The position numbers and the translations under genes were made by a program. The notes under the pieces were generated by a model. That model did no database searches. It was not told the origin of the DNA and saw only the letters and a list, made by a program, of their open reading frames with translations. DNA of 64,000 nt from Diplonema japonicum (lineage: Eukaryota > Protista > Euglenozoa: Diplonemea): NCBI GenBank assembly GCA_964019335.1, contig OZ025706.1, positions 248,001 through 312,000 of the forward strand, read 5' to 3'. Shown in pieces: positions 12,352 through 23,308 of this stretch; within the stretch, counting starts at the first letter, position 1; every line of letters starts with the position of its first letter.

Positions 12352-14922
12352 CCTGTAAACATACACTCCCGTCCACCGCACGTGGGCCATGGGACAGTTA
12401 GTGCCTGCATGGCAGTAGCCGTTAAAGAACGCTGGGCACTGAGTAATGGCCTGGGGGGATGTCACCCACACCTTTTCACAGACCTCACACATGATAGGCT
12501 TGTCGGGGTCCTGGAATAAATTTAAACATTTTTCTTTTTTTTTTTTTTTCGAAATGCACACCTGCACCCATGAGTTGTGCTGACAAGGGGCCGCTTTTAC
12601 CTCACTGCTGACAGTCTTTTGCGTGGATTCTTTCTTCGCCTTTTTTTTTTTTCTTTTTTTTTTCCCCCTCCCCCCGCCTTGAAATATACCTCCCTAGCCT
12701 CCCCCGATTGAGTGAAGATCTCAGGGTTCACAGCAAATTTTGAACCATCTTCGAATTGGCCTTTTTTTGTTTTGTTTTCTTTTTTTTTTTTTGTAAACAG
12801 CATACCTTCACCACCAGCTTGTGCCGCCTGCTGCAGCGTCATTGCCACCATTTTAGCTTTTGCGGCTTCCTTTTCCTTGTTCTTGTATCTGTGAATGTGC
12901 GGGAGAGGGCAGCTGACCCCATTGGGGCAGTATCCATTGAAGAAGGCGGGGCATTTTGTTATAGCAGAGACCTCGGTTTTCCAGTGTATGCCGCAGCACC
13001 TACACCGGAGACCGATTTTCCCCTTGACAATACGGACGTTGTCCCAGTTGTTGTGGTTGCACGGCCTGCTGGCCATGGCGGTTGTGAAGACGGGGTCGAT
13101 GAGCTTCTCAGAAACAAGTTTCTGAAGGAGCTCGGCTTTGTCTGGAGGGAGGGTCTGGAGGTGCTCCTGTGCTTGGCCATTAAACATCAACAGCGGGACG
13201 GCAAACATGGATTCCAACTTGTCCTTTGATGTTGGTGCTTCGCCTCGTTTCCATGCCACCTTTACCAGCTCCTCTGGAACCCAGAAGGTGCCTTGCTCTC
13301 TCGACTCCACGTGCCATTTTTTACTCAATTTGCAGTACCCCGGTTCAATCACAGTCGCCACACCGCCAAGCTTCAGGAACGACACCTCGTCGTCGCTCGG
13401 GCTCGGCGCCACGTGCACTGCAACACCCACCTCCATGACAGCATCTTCCACCACCTTTGGCTCGTTTATTTCCTCACCCTCCTGTGCCTGTACCTGCGTC
13501 TGTTCTTGTTCCTCTCCAAGCCCCAAGCCTTGCGCCGCCTCGTGCGCCCTCAGCTGCGACACCACCATCGCACGCGTCTTCTCCTTCTCCTTCTCAGGGT
13601 TCTTGTATCTGTGGATATGTGGAAGGGGACAGTTAACCCCATTGGGGCAGTACCCATTGAAGAAGGCGGGGCATTTCGCGACCAGCTTGATGGGAACTTT
13701 CCAATTCGCTCCGCAGTTCCTGCATCGCAGGCCGAAGAAGCCTTTCTTCACACGCACGTTGTCCCAATTGTTATGGGAACATGGAGGAGGCGAGGCGGCT
13801 TTGCTACTAGCCGCGGCAGCACCTGATGCAGTGACAGCATCAGCAGCAGCGGCGGGGTCGGGAACGGCGGTTGGGGGCTGTGGCTGCGTAGTGATAGGAG
13901 CGACAGGAACGGTGTCCTGCGGCAGGTGTTGTTGTTGTTGTTGTTGTAAAAGCTGTTCCTTGTCCTTTCCCTTGTCCTTCTTTTTCTTTTTCTTTTTCTT
14001 CTTCTCCGTGGGGGACGCGGGCTTCTCCTCCTCCTCCTCCTTCGGGGCATCCAGCATGATGTCCTGAGAGATGAGGGTCGTTGGGGAGGGCTCCGATGCC
14101 GCACCCTCATTGACAGTGCTGAGAGGGGTGACACCGATGGCGGGAACCTTGGTGTCTTCTTCTTCCATGGAAGCGAACAGAGTGGCGATGCCGGGTTTCT
14201 CGTCTCGGCTGCCTGTGGCGATGGTGTTGAAGGATGACTTGCCTAGGGTGAGCCAGTCCTGCATGCTCTCTAGTCGTTCTGAAGGGTCGGTTTCTTCGTT
14301 TAAGGCGTTTAAGAACTCTTGGACATCCTCTGTCTCAGCCATGTCCCCGTCGGGTCTCCAACTTGCGCCGAATAAGTCCCGGATGCACCCCAACGTCACT
14401 ACAGAGGAGGAGGTGTCCTGTCCTAGGTATGTGTCGTCGTCGCAATTTGACTGAGCGGTCCCTGGGAGGGGGGGGGTCATGGGTCGGGTTTTTTCAATGA
14501 GGTTGCCTTGGCCTTCGAACACGTCCTGCAGGCTGACCTTTGTTTTGGGGTCTGCTTCGCTTGCCGGGTCGCTTTGCCCCCATCCGAAATCCCGTAAACA
14601 TCCTATCGTCTTCGTGGAGCTGCTCACAAGGCGTGATTTGTCATTTTGTAATAGTGTGTCGAGGGTGTTCATTGACTGCCGAAGGAAGGGGTTGGAAAGG
14701 GTAAGAAAAAAAAAAAAAAAAAAAAAAAAAAAGGAAATTCGTCTCCTCCCTCTCTTTGTTTCGAACCGTGTAATGTTATATTCTTTGTTTAACTCACACC
14801 CCTGCCGCACGGCTTGCTGCAGCTTTTGAGGTCACGTAGCCGTTTTCGATTGCTGCGTTCCGCTCCACCAGCATCTTCGGTGCCAGGATCTCCTTTTTAG
14901 AAGCCCTGCTATTGCTGTTCAT
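12281..14922 (-). CDS. Protein with three tandem (PCxHNxW..LRCRxC..W + CCCH zinc finger) modules; probable RNA-binding protein
   Basis: Two full modules 'PCSHNNWDNVRVKKG..LRCRNC..KCPAFFNGYCPNGVNCPLPHIH' and a third, degenerate one split by introns. Proposed introns 14676-14799, 12761-12805, 12640-12689, 12511-12561, 12306-12364. The first exon (14800-14922) is less certain; alternative ATG at 14672. Confidence 0.8.
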
Positions 14923-14974
14923 CCATTTTGGCTGTTGTTTTGTTTTTCATTACTTTGAAGTGAACAAGGAAATA

Positions 14975-16316
14975 TTACATTACCATTTTTGGTGATTTAA
15001 AATGCGCACGTTCAACCTTGTCTAGCATCGCCATCTCATGGTACATTGCCCTATATCCCCCCCCCCTTCTCCCTCTTCTCCCGTGGGGGGTTTTTTTTTC
15101 TTTTTAAATTGTTCAAAAATAACGGGGGGGAAAAAAATCTCTTTTAGAATTTCTCGTTGGAACAAAACCTAAGCAGCGCCTCCAAAATACCTCTATGAAG
15201 GGCGAAGGGGTTAATCGATGAGATCCGTTCGATGCATGAAAAAACACCCGAATCGTCTCCATGCTCGGCGTACCCACAGAGAAGGGAAGAGAGGGAAGAA
15301 AGACGCTCGGTAAAAGAGAGCCGCGAGACGAGCCGCTCAACCGAAATAAAATCCCCACAAAGAGTGTGAACATCGATCGTCCTGAGGAGCATGAACCGCG
15401 TTGCATGGATATCTTCACGTGAAAGCTTGTCCTTCACAAAAGCGAGGTCTGGAAGGGTACGAATGTGGCATAAAAGGCTTTCATATGTTATAGGGTTGCG
15501 AAACTCGCATTTCTTTAACCACAATTCCGCTTCCTGCCTCATATCCGCTTTGTACAACGCACCGGCCAACACCCCAACGTGATCTTCCTGTGTTACATCC
15601 ACGAGTTTTTCCGCCTCTTCTACCTCACCGTTTTCCACAAGCTTTTCAATCAATACTATTCTCGTCCGCCTTGCGATCTGTATTTTGCTTTTTCTCGCTG
15701 TTTTCAAAGCGGCTTTCGGATCTGAGTAAGCTAATGCGGCTATGGAATCTGAGAAGCCCTGCCGTGTGAGGTTCCTCAAACCGTGTATTCTGTCGAATGA
15801 GTTCAGTACAGCCCAGAATAATCCGATTTCGCCTCTTCTTAAACACGTGGAGAGGGTAATCTCATAGAACAGGGTGCATACAGTAAAACCTGTCCACATG
15901 TAAACAAAGGCAACGTTGAATAGTTCCGCCACACTGTGTTTTGATGCGGAGATGGCCCAGTGTGTGAAGGTGTATTTGTCTGCCATCCCGCGTGCGCGTA
16001 GCCTAGCTGCCAAAAGCGTTGCTTCGCGAAGGTTTCCTGTCTTCCCGTAGAGGGCGAGCAGGGCCGTGCAGCTCTTTAGCCTCCCCTTCCCAAACTCCTT
16101 CAAAAGCAATTCCGCGGTCCCGATATCTTCCCCGCATTTCTTTATAAGATACGCCACCTGACCATCATGCAGTGCCGTGCCTTCCTTCGCCAAATCTCTC
16201 GCCACTTGCAGTTGGCTCACGCCATCTTTTTTGAAATCCTTGAAGTACTCGCCTATTTTGTAGGCGCTGCGGAAGGCCCTCACCCTGCATGCGTACCCGC
16301 TTGGGGTTAGCGGCAT
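14975..16316 (-). CDS. Pentatricopeptide-repeat (PPR)-like protein, probably mitochondrial
   Basis: Helical repeats such as 'SCTALLALYGKTGNLREATLLAARLRARGMADKYTF' and 'SSLLCGYAEHGD'; Arg-rich N-terminus. A proposed intron 15051-15168 adds the last exon AMYHEM...VM*; without it the ORF ends at 15144. Confidence 0.65.
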
Positions 16317-17037
16317 TTTTTATTCGTAAAGTTCCATTTTTTTTCTTTTTGTTTCCCTTGCGAGTTTTTTTTGGGGGGGGGTAGAAGAAAATTTAACACC
16401 CGCGATAGTACAGAACAATACAACGGCGACAGTCTATGTACCACCGGAAGAAAGGACCTCAGCGCCCGCGCCCGTTCAGGACAGCGCACCGGAGACAGGA
16501 GACCCGACAATCCTCCACAAACCGAAGAGGACCATGGAGTGCGTAGAAACAACCAACTTAAAAGACGCACAAAAGAAGGACGTAGTCTCTCCGAGTGCCA
16601 GCCCCTGCAGTACCACGGACCCGGTAACACTAAAGGGAAAAATAAACGAAAGGACGCCACTGAAGATTGCAGTACCACCTGAAATAGTGCAACACCCGAA
16701 TAGGATGTGCCAAGAGAAAGGCAGATATCGCCACTGCCGCCTGCAGTAGTGCAACCTACACCACGAATGCCACCGCTATTACAGCAAATACCACCACAGT
16801 CGCATATTCCGGCATCACGTCGAACAAACGAAACACAGGGGCAGGGAACAAAATAGAAAAAGGATCAATTGCAGGAACAACCCACAAAAAAAAAGGGGGG
16901 GGGGAAAGAAAAAAATAGAGGGCAACACACACAAAACATAATGGTACACTCCCCCCCCCCCCCCCCCCAAGCCCTACCTCATTGTGTAACAAGCAAGCCC
17001 CTTTTTTTTAATCCCCCCTGTTTTTTCTTCTTCTTTT

Positions 17038-18077
17038 TTAAAAGTGAGCCGCACCATGGAAGCTATGAGGGTAGCGAAGTGCGGCATGGGTGTGTCGGGT
17101 CAGCTTGTAAAAGAGCATGAACACCATCGCGTGAAGGAAGAGGAAGTAAGAGAAGAAGGCAATCCGGGGCAATCTGTGGGCGAGGAAGAAGCGGGTAGTT
17201 GAGGTGAGCAAGCGATCGGGCCCACCCCGTCCAGACTTAGGGGTTTTCCCGATGTCAACAGAAACGGAGTAAGGGTCGGCAGCGCAGACGGCGATAGGGG
17301 CCGGGGCAGGGCGGGGGGCCTTGCGGAGGTTGATGTTCTCTTCTTCAAGCTGGTGGAGTCGCTTCTTGAACCTGTCACGCTGTGCAGCGAGCATATTTAT
17401 AGATGATGTTTTCTCCTCCAACAGCTTTCCTATTTCAAACCCGCCTTCTTGTTCTCTGCTGGTGCTCACAGCGCCTTCTAAATCTGTTTCAAGACTGCTG
17501 ATTAATTCCCGCTGTTCTCGCAGCTTCTCTGTTAGCTCCTCGTTCTCCCTGTCCTTCTCGGCTGCTGCTCTTGTTAAAGATTCTATCTCCGCTCGATCTT
17601 TACCGTTTTCCTCTGTTTTCCTTGGTGTCACCGCTTCTATACTCCACATGTTGTTGTTCTTCTCTTGCAGCTGTGCCCGGAGGTCGTCGATGGTGCTTGA
17701 CATTGTGTTTTGCGTTGACTGCAAGCTTGTGTTCCGTTTCTCTGCAGCTTCTTTTGCCTGTTTCTGCTCCTGCAGCATCGCCTCTACTTCCTCAAGGCTT
17801 TCCTCGATCAGCTTGCGTCTCTCATCCGCCGCCAGCACCTCGTCTTGAAGGATGTTGTAGTCGATCTTTGTACACTGTGTTTAAGGGCGGTGGGGGAAAT
17901 CTTTCATATAAACATGTTTACATACCGATTCGCTGAGCTGTGTGGCGAATCTTTTATTCTCTGCTGCTAGCTCCGCGGCTTTTAAGGAAAGGGCTTCGTT
18001 CTCTTCGATGAGCAGCTTCTCTTTCATCTCCTGTCCGTTCATCGCCTCGGCGATGCTGCCCTGTATCAATAGCATCT

Positions 18078-18112
<35 letters not shown>

Positions 18113-19105
18113 ATGAACAAGAAAAACAATATATTGATAATGAATTGTTATTGCTAAAAGAGTAGTGGTAGCATTGTTGGGCTTATCCTTCTACAGGTTA
18201 ATCCCGGCTGTGCACAAACAAAAAATGTCTGTTGCCATCCCCGACACGGAGAGCTTGTTGACCTCACTGAGGAAACGGGCCGCGGAGGCCCCACTGACCG
18301 CGGAGGTCAGCCCGAAGAGGTCCTAGGCCGTGGAGGCCTCGCTGACCGCGGAGGTCAGCCTGGACAAGAAATGGGCCGCGGAGGCCCCACTGACCGCGGA
18401 GGTCAGTCCGGAAGCTTGCTAGGTCGCGGAGACCTCACTGACCGTGGAGGTCAGCCTGCAAGCTTCCAGGGACGCTTGGAACATGTCGGCTCCTTCGAAG
18501 CCCTTCCCGATTCCCTTGATATAAAACGCCCTATCTCATGGAAGGGCTACTTCACAAATCCGTTTGTGCGACGCGAGATTTGGAGCGAGATTCGTATCAG
18601 ATATCAGGGAAGGGAGATACCGGAGACCCCGTCGGACGAGGCAAAAGGGGTCGAACACGATCAGCGCAGGTTCTAGGCACTGTTGAAGTCTCTGTTCGCG
18701 GCTGCCGCGACGGCCGGCGAATCGCTACTGCCAACAATCCACCTCCTTATGGTCCATCTTGAGACGAACCGCATCGGCTTCGGTCCGGCGACAGGATCAT
18801 AGCTACCAAAAGGAGTGTGCGGTTCGAACAAAGGATGCACACTGTCCCTTGGACCGGCTGTGCACAAACAACAATCAACCGACTCTTTTTTAAAGAAAAA
18901 TGATTTTGATACCTCATCTTGCACGCACTTGCTTAACTGAGTTTGCTTGTTCTTCTCCTCGTTGATGTACGCGACCTGTGCGGTGAGGGAGTCCTCACGC
19001 CTTCGGATTTCACTGACCAGCGCGTTTTTTTCTTGTGTGAACTCGGCTGTTCGTGTCTCGAGGGCGTTTTGTAGATCCGCCTCGGTTTGTTCCTTGTAGC
19101 TGTAC

Positions 19106-19140
<35 letters not shown>

Positions 19141-19661
19141 CTCCCATACTGGGTTAACGTTTCCTTGAGGTACTGAATGGTGACCTCTTGGTTTGTGAGC
19201 TCGCGGAGTTCGGCTTCGTGTGAGGCGATCGTGGCCTTTTGCTCCTTCACGGTGTTCTCAAGAGAGCTTATCTTTGAAGGTGCCGACCGTTCCCGCAACA
19301 CCATTGCCAAGGCAGGCCTGGGGTCTGGGAGCGTCGCTACTATTTTATAGATATCGAGAAAGGCTGTTTCCCCGTATTTGAGCTGGCGTGAGATCTCCGT
19401 GATGTAGTCCTGGTAGGCCTTGATGAGGCCCTTCTCGCCTTTCATGGACTGTAGTTTATCCTCGTCGGAGAGGAGGACCCATTCCTTTGTTCTTGCGGAC
19501 AATGCCGCCCGTCCGCTGCCCGCTTTTTCTCGGTTTTCTGTGATTATTATTTTGGCGTCCTCGTCTAGCTTTGCACGGAGACCCGCCCACTCCGCCGTTT
19601 TCCATAACTTTTCGACACCCTCAACTTCTTCTATCGCTCGTGAGAGGCCGTGACCTTCCAT
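17038..19661 (-). CDS. CASP/COY1 (CUX1-related) golgin coiled-coil membrane protein
   Basis: N-terminal 'LIKAYQDYITEISRQLKYGETAFLDIYKIVATLPDPRPAL', long coiled coil, C-terminal TM 'RIAFFSYFLFLHAMVFMLFY'. Introns 19100-19149, 18076-18912 (837 nt), 17875-17925. Confidence 0.88.
18204..18871 (+). mobile_element. Insert inside CASP intron 2, bounded by 18-bp direct repeats
   Basis: CCGGCTGTGCACAAACAA at 18204-18221 and 18854-18871; GC-rich interior with antisense ORF fragments; host intron is 837 nt versus about 50 nt for the others. Confidence 0.55.
18277..18467 (+). repeat. 4 x 48-bp tandem array; each unit is two hairpins with GYGGA loops plus a 13-nt variable linker
   Basis: Units start at 18277, 18325, 18373, 18421, e.g. 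GGGCC-GCGGA-GGCCC then CTGACC-GCGGA-GGTCAG; one + frame reads (GRGGxxDRGGQ)n. Confidence 0.9.
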
Positions 19662-20264
19662 TTTTTTTTTTTTTTTGTATTTCTCTCTCGTCCTCTCGTT
19701 GACCTTTTTTCGTCTGATCAAAAAAAAATAAAATAAAAAAAGCAACAAAAAATAACATTAAAAGGTGCGTTTTCTATCTTGAAACAAAAAAACTGCTCAC
19801 CGTTTTTTTTTTTTTTTTTTTTTTCTTTTTCTTCTTCTTCTTTTTTTTTTTTAATTCGGGATCTCATTCTCAAGGTAAAACAAAACAAAAATCTGGTGTG
19901 CGGGGAATATGAACCCTGAGGTGCCTAACGGCCAAGGTTAAAATCGTAACATGAATAGAATATTTTGGTCTGGAGCCGCTTGATGGCCCCCCCGTCATTT
20001 TTACCTTTCGATAATAATATCCTTACTAAATAAAAAATAGTATCAATATTAAAATCAAGTGTCCAGATTTCACTTAGTTAAACGCGCTATATTCGTTCGT
20101 TCTCTTACTATGGGCCTTGGGCGTGAAATGAGAGCATCTGATTTTCTATTGAAAAAAAAAAAGATCTTTATTTTAAAGAGGGTAAATGAATAAAAAGAAA
20201 TAAGAAAAAAAAAAAGAACAAACTTTACTTTTTAATAGAATCGTCCACATATCTTTAGGAATGG

Positions 20265-20312
<48 letters not shown>

Positions 20313-20424
20313 CCGTTGTTTGTACGTGCCGGGTAAAACCTGGAGAAGTTTGTAAACCCGAAAAAACACGTTGCCAACGTTTTGCCCTTTTTGTTTAAAC
20401 AAGTCAAAAGACTCGTTCCTGCAA
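20313..20424. repeat. Dispersed repeat D (other copy 34126-34207)
   Basis: CCGTTGTTTGTACGTGCCGG...CCCTTTTTGTTTARACAAGTCAAA..GACTCGTT shared. Confidence 0.88.
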
Positions 20425-20498
20425 TAAAAAAAAAGAAAAAAAAAAGAAGAAAAAAAAAAAGGAGAATGGTAGGTAAGCGACGACAAGGGCAACAATTA

Positions 20499-20563
<65 letters not shown>

Positions 20564-20650
20564 CGCTCACATATAATCCAGTGGTGCTTTCTTTCTTTCT
20601 TTTTTTTTTTTTTTTTTTTCTTTTTTTTTTTCCTTCTTCATCCCCCCCAA

Positions 20651-22690
20651 TCACCTGCGCCTCTTCTTCCGCTTGTGCTTAAGACAGTGAATACCAATCT
20701 GATTAGCATTCTTCGGGATTCCCATTCGCGTACTTGCCCGATTGACACCCAGAAGCTTACGAGTGGAAGGTGCAATGACGCAAGGCACTGGACTGTGCTC
20801 CGTCCCGTCTCCTTCAAAGGACGTAACTGAGGTTACATTAGAATATAACGTACAAAGACGGTCCGCAGGACTGTACATTACATGCACACAAGCATCGTTG
20901 TCCAAACAGATTTTCGCGCAGCTGTCCGGAGCAAAGACGGATCGTGTAGTTAAAAGCTCGCCTTGAACACTGCCTTCTTCAAAGCAAAAATCAGACCCTT
21001 CTCCTTCTTTACACAGAACCGGGCCTGAAATGAACCCTTCCCGATCGACGACAGTGGGTGCCACCTTGTACATGTTTCGAATATGCGATTGTTTTAAAAC
21101 GCATTCTCCATGCTGCCGTTCACCAGAGTAATCGAAATTCACAAATGTGAACAAAGCACAGTTGGTTCGTTGCCTGCATTTTTTATGGCAGTCGGAAGGG
21201 TCCTTTGCGGTCAGTGTGACAAGTACGGTAGAACCTTCAACCACACCATCAGTGTAGCAGGAGTCGTTCAGAGTTAAGCGTGTTTCAAGATATTTCTCAG
21301 AAGGTTTTGTTCGATTGTATTTTTCAGCCCGTCGATCCTGACGGGAGAGCATAAGGGTGTACTGGCTGTACTCGAGATAGTTCAGCATCCTGCAGGTATC
21401 GGATTGAGGGGGTTGCTTGTACCAACAATGTCCGCCGTAGTACCCTTGAACCCTCCATGGAAAACCGTACCTCCATGCTGAATAATCTTGCGAGACAGTG
21501 TTGCCCACAGGGAAATTCCCCAAACCGGGTCCGATACCATGCTCGTAGTCAAAAGTGTTGATGTGAATAACATCCTTGGGATTGGCGAAGAGCGCGAGAA
21601 CGGCAGCTCGTAAAGGCGCATCTCCCCATCGGTGTCTAAACACACCGGTTATCGTCCCGGCGAGAAATTCTTGAACGGGTTCGGTTCGAAAGAAATCGGC
21701 GTCGGTTATCTCGAAATTGTTGTAGAACATCGGATGCGGCACACGGCACTGGTTACGGTCAAACGCGCAGGACTTTGTCATATGCCACAACGGGTAATTC
21801 GGATGGTTCTTTTGTGCGTCGCTTGGTATCAACGCCATCGTTTCGTTGCTCATTAACATCTTCCACATTCCGTGTGTAACCGTCATTGGGTCATAACAAA
21901 AGGATACGTATCCATATACACCTTTTTTGTGTGCTATGTGGTCGAACGGGTCTACTAGGGGTGTGGAGCGAACGACGGAGTCGGTGTCCAGCCGCAGTAT
22001 GTATTTGAACGGTTTTAAGACTTTTAGGTGGAACATTTGGTAGTTCCACAACCAGATCATCTTTCGGTAGGTGACACCTCCTACTGCAGTTGTCGATTTT
22101 TTCGATTGAATTGATTCTCCAGTGTTCCATGTTGAGTTCGGGATCACCGACCATATAATTTTTCTGTTCCGGAACAAACAGTTTTTCCCGGAGAATACGG
22201 TTTCAACGTTTTTCTTCTCTGTTTCAGAAGCTTGTTCTGAAAGCAGTTGCAGGAGGATCAACGGCGCCGAGTTCTCGAAATGCTGGCACACAGAATGGAA
22301 CAAATTCCACCGTTCCGGGATTTCATAATGGAGGACAACAATGGCCTTTTTCGGGGAGTGTTTCCTCCGGGTGATTTCTGACTTGCAAGGGATTTCTGAT
22401 AAGACCGTGCAGCCTAAGCTTCGGAGCAGCTTCTCTTTGTTTGAATGGTTGTTCTCGCACGCGTGGCGCCATATCGGCACGCATTCGCTTCCTCCTGCTT
22501 TTGTTTTCGGGCTGCACAAACGGTTGTGCACTACGTTCTGTTTCAGGTAGCAGTCAAAGCACCCATTACAGGTGTTTGGGCCTGAACTCATCGGGTAATC
22601 ATTTACCTGCTCGTTACCCAATATGAAGCACATCACCCCCGCAGTTATTATGCAGGCGCCCAGCAAAGAGATAATCTTGTTGAATTTCAT
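20651..22690 (-). CDS. GT15 (KRE2/KTR-type) alpha-1,2-mannosyltransferase fused to two C-terminal PAN/apple domains
   Basis: N-terminal TM; YRKM..W, 'YILRLDTDS', 'FYNNFEI..FFR', 'GVFRHRWGDAPLR'; PAN patterns 'DCHKKCRQRTNCALFTF..CVLK' and 'SCAKICLDNDACVHVMY..CTLY'. No intron. Confidence 0.88.
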   Translation of the reverse strand: MKFNKIISLLGACIITAGVMCFILGNEQVNDYPMSSGPNTCNGCFDCYLKQNVVHNRLCSPKTKAGGSECVPIWRHACENNHSNKEKLLRSLGCTVLSEIPCKSEITRRKHSPKKAIVVLHYEIPERWNLFHSVCQHFENSAPLILLQLLSEQASETEKKNVETVFSGKNCLFRNRKIIWSVIPNSTWNTGESIQSKKSTTAVGGVTYRKMIWLWNYQMFHLKVLKPFKYILRLDTDSVVRSTPLVDPFDHIAHKKGVYGYVSFCYDPMTVTHGMWKMLMSNETMALIPSDAQKNHPNYPLWHMTKSCAFDRNQCRVPHPMFYNNFEITDADFFRTEPVQEFLAGTITGVFRHRWGDAPLRAAVLALFANPKDVIHINTFDYEHGIGPGLGNFPVGNTVSQDYSAWRYGFPWRVQGYYGGHCWYKQPPQSDTCRMLNYLEYSQYTLMLSRQDRRAEKYNRTKPSEKYLETRLTLNDSCYTDGVVEGSTVLVTLTAKDPSDCHKKCRQRTNCALFTFVNFDYSGERQHGECVLKQSHIRNMYKVAPTVVDREGFISGPVLCKEGEGSDFCFEEGSVQGELLTTRSVFAPDSCAKICLDNDACVHVMYSPADRLCTLYSNVTSVTSFEGDGTEHSPVPCVIAPSTRKLLGVNRASTRMGIPKNANQIGIHCLKHKRKKRRR

Positions 22691-23107
22691 GGGATGGGAG
22701 AGGGGGGGGGGGGGGGGGGGAAATTAGTTAGTTGGTGTGTGTAAAAAAGAAGGGGAAGGGGGGGGAACCTTGATTTTTTTGTTGTCGTTACGGGTATTGA
22801 AAAAAAAAAGAGAATAAAGTTGTTTGGATAAAAAAAATGGGGAAGAAAAAAAATGGGGGGGGCAAGGGGGAGACACACTATAAAAAAGAAGAACTGAACA
22901 CCCCCCCCTCCTCCCCCCCTTCCCCTTCCATTATGTTTTATTTCTCTTTTTTTTTATTGTGGCCGAAGTAACCACAAGGTAAAAAAAAAAAAAAAAAAAA
23001 GCAAGAAAAAAAAAAGAAGAAAGGAGGGAGGTGAGACGGGGATTTGTGGCCACACACCCCACCACCCAAAAAAGAAAATCTTTTTTTTTTAAAAAAAAAA
23101 CCAAATT

Positions 23108-23269
23108 CTAATCGATTTCATCCAAATTTTCGGTCGGCTTTTCAACCTCTCGTTTCCTTTTCCTCGATTCAAATTGTTCATTCTGTTTTTTTTTTTTTTT
23201 TTTTTTTTTTTTCTCCATACAAATTTCCGTGCAATCTCGGCTGCCTGTTTCTTTTTAGTCTCGAGTTGC

Positions 23270-23308
<39 letters not shown>

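Noticed and set aside
18277-18467. CRISPR-like repeat-spacer appearance
   Set aside because: Linkers are only 13 nt and partly related to each other, the context is a eukaryotic intron, and there are no cas genes.
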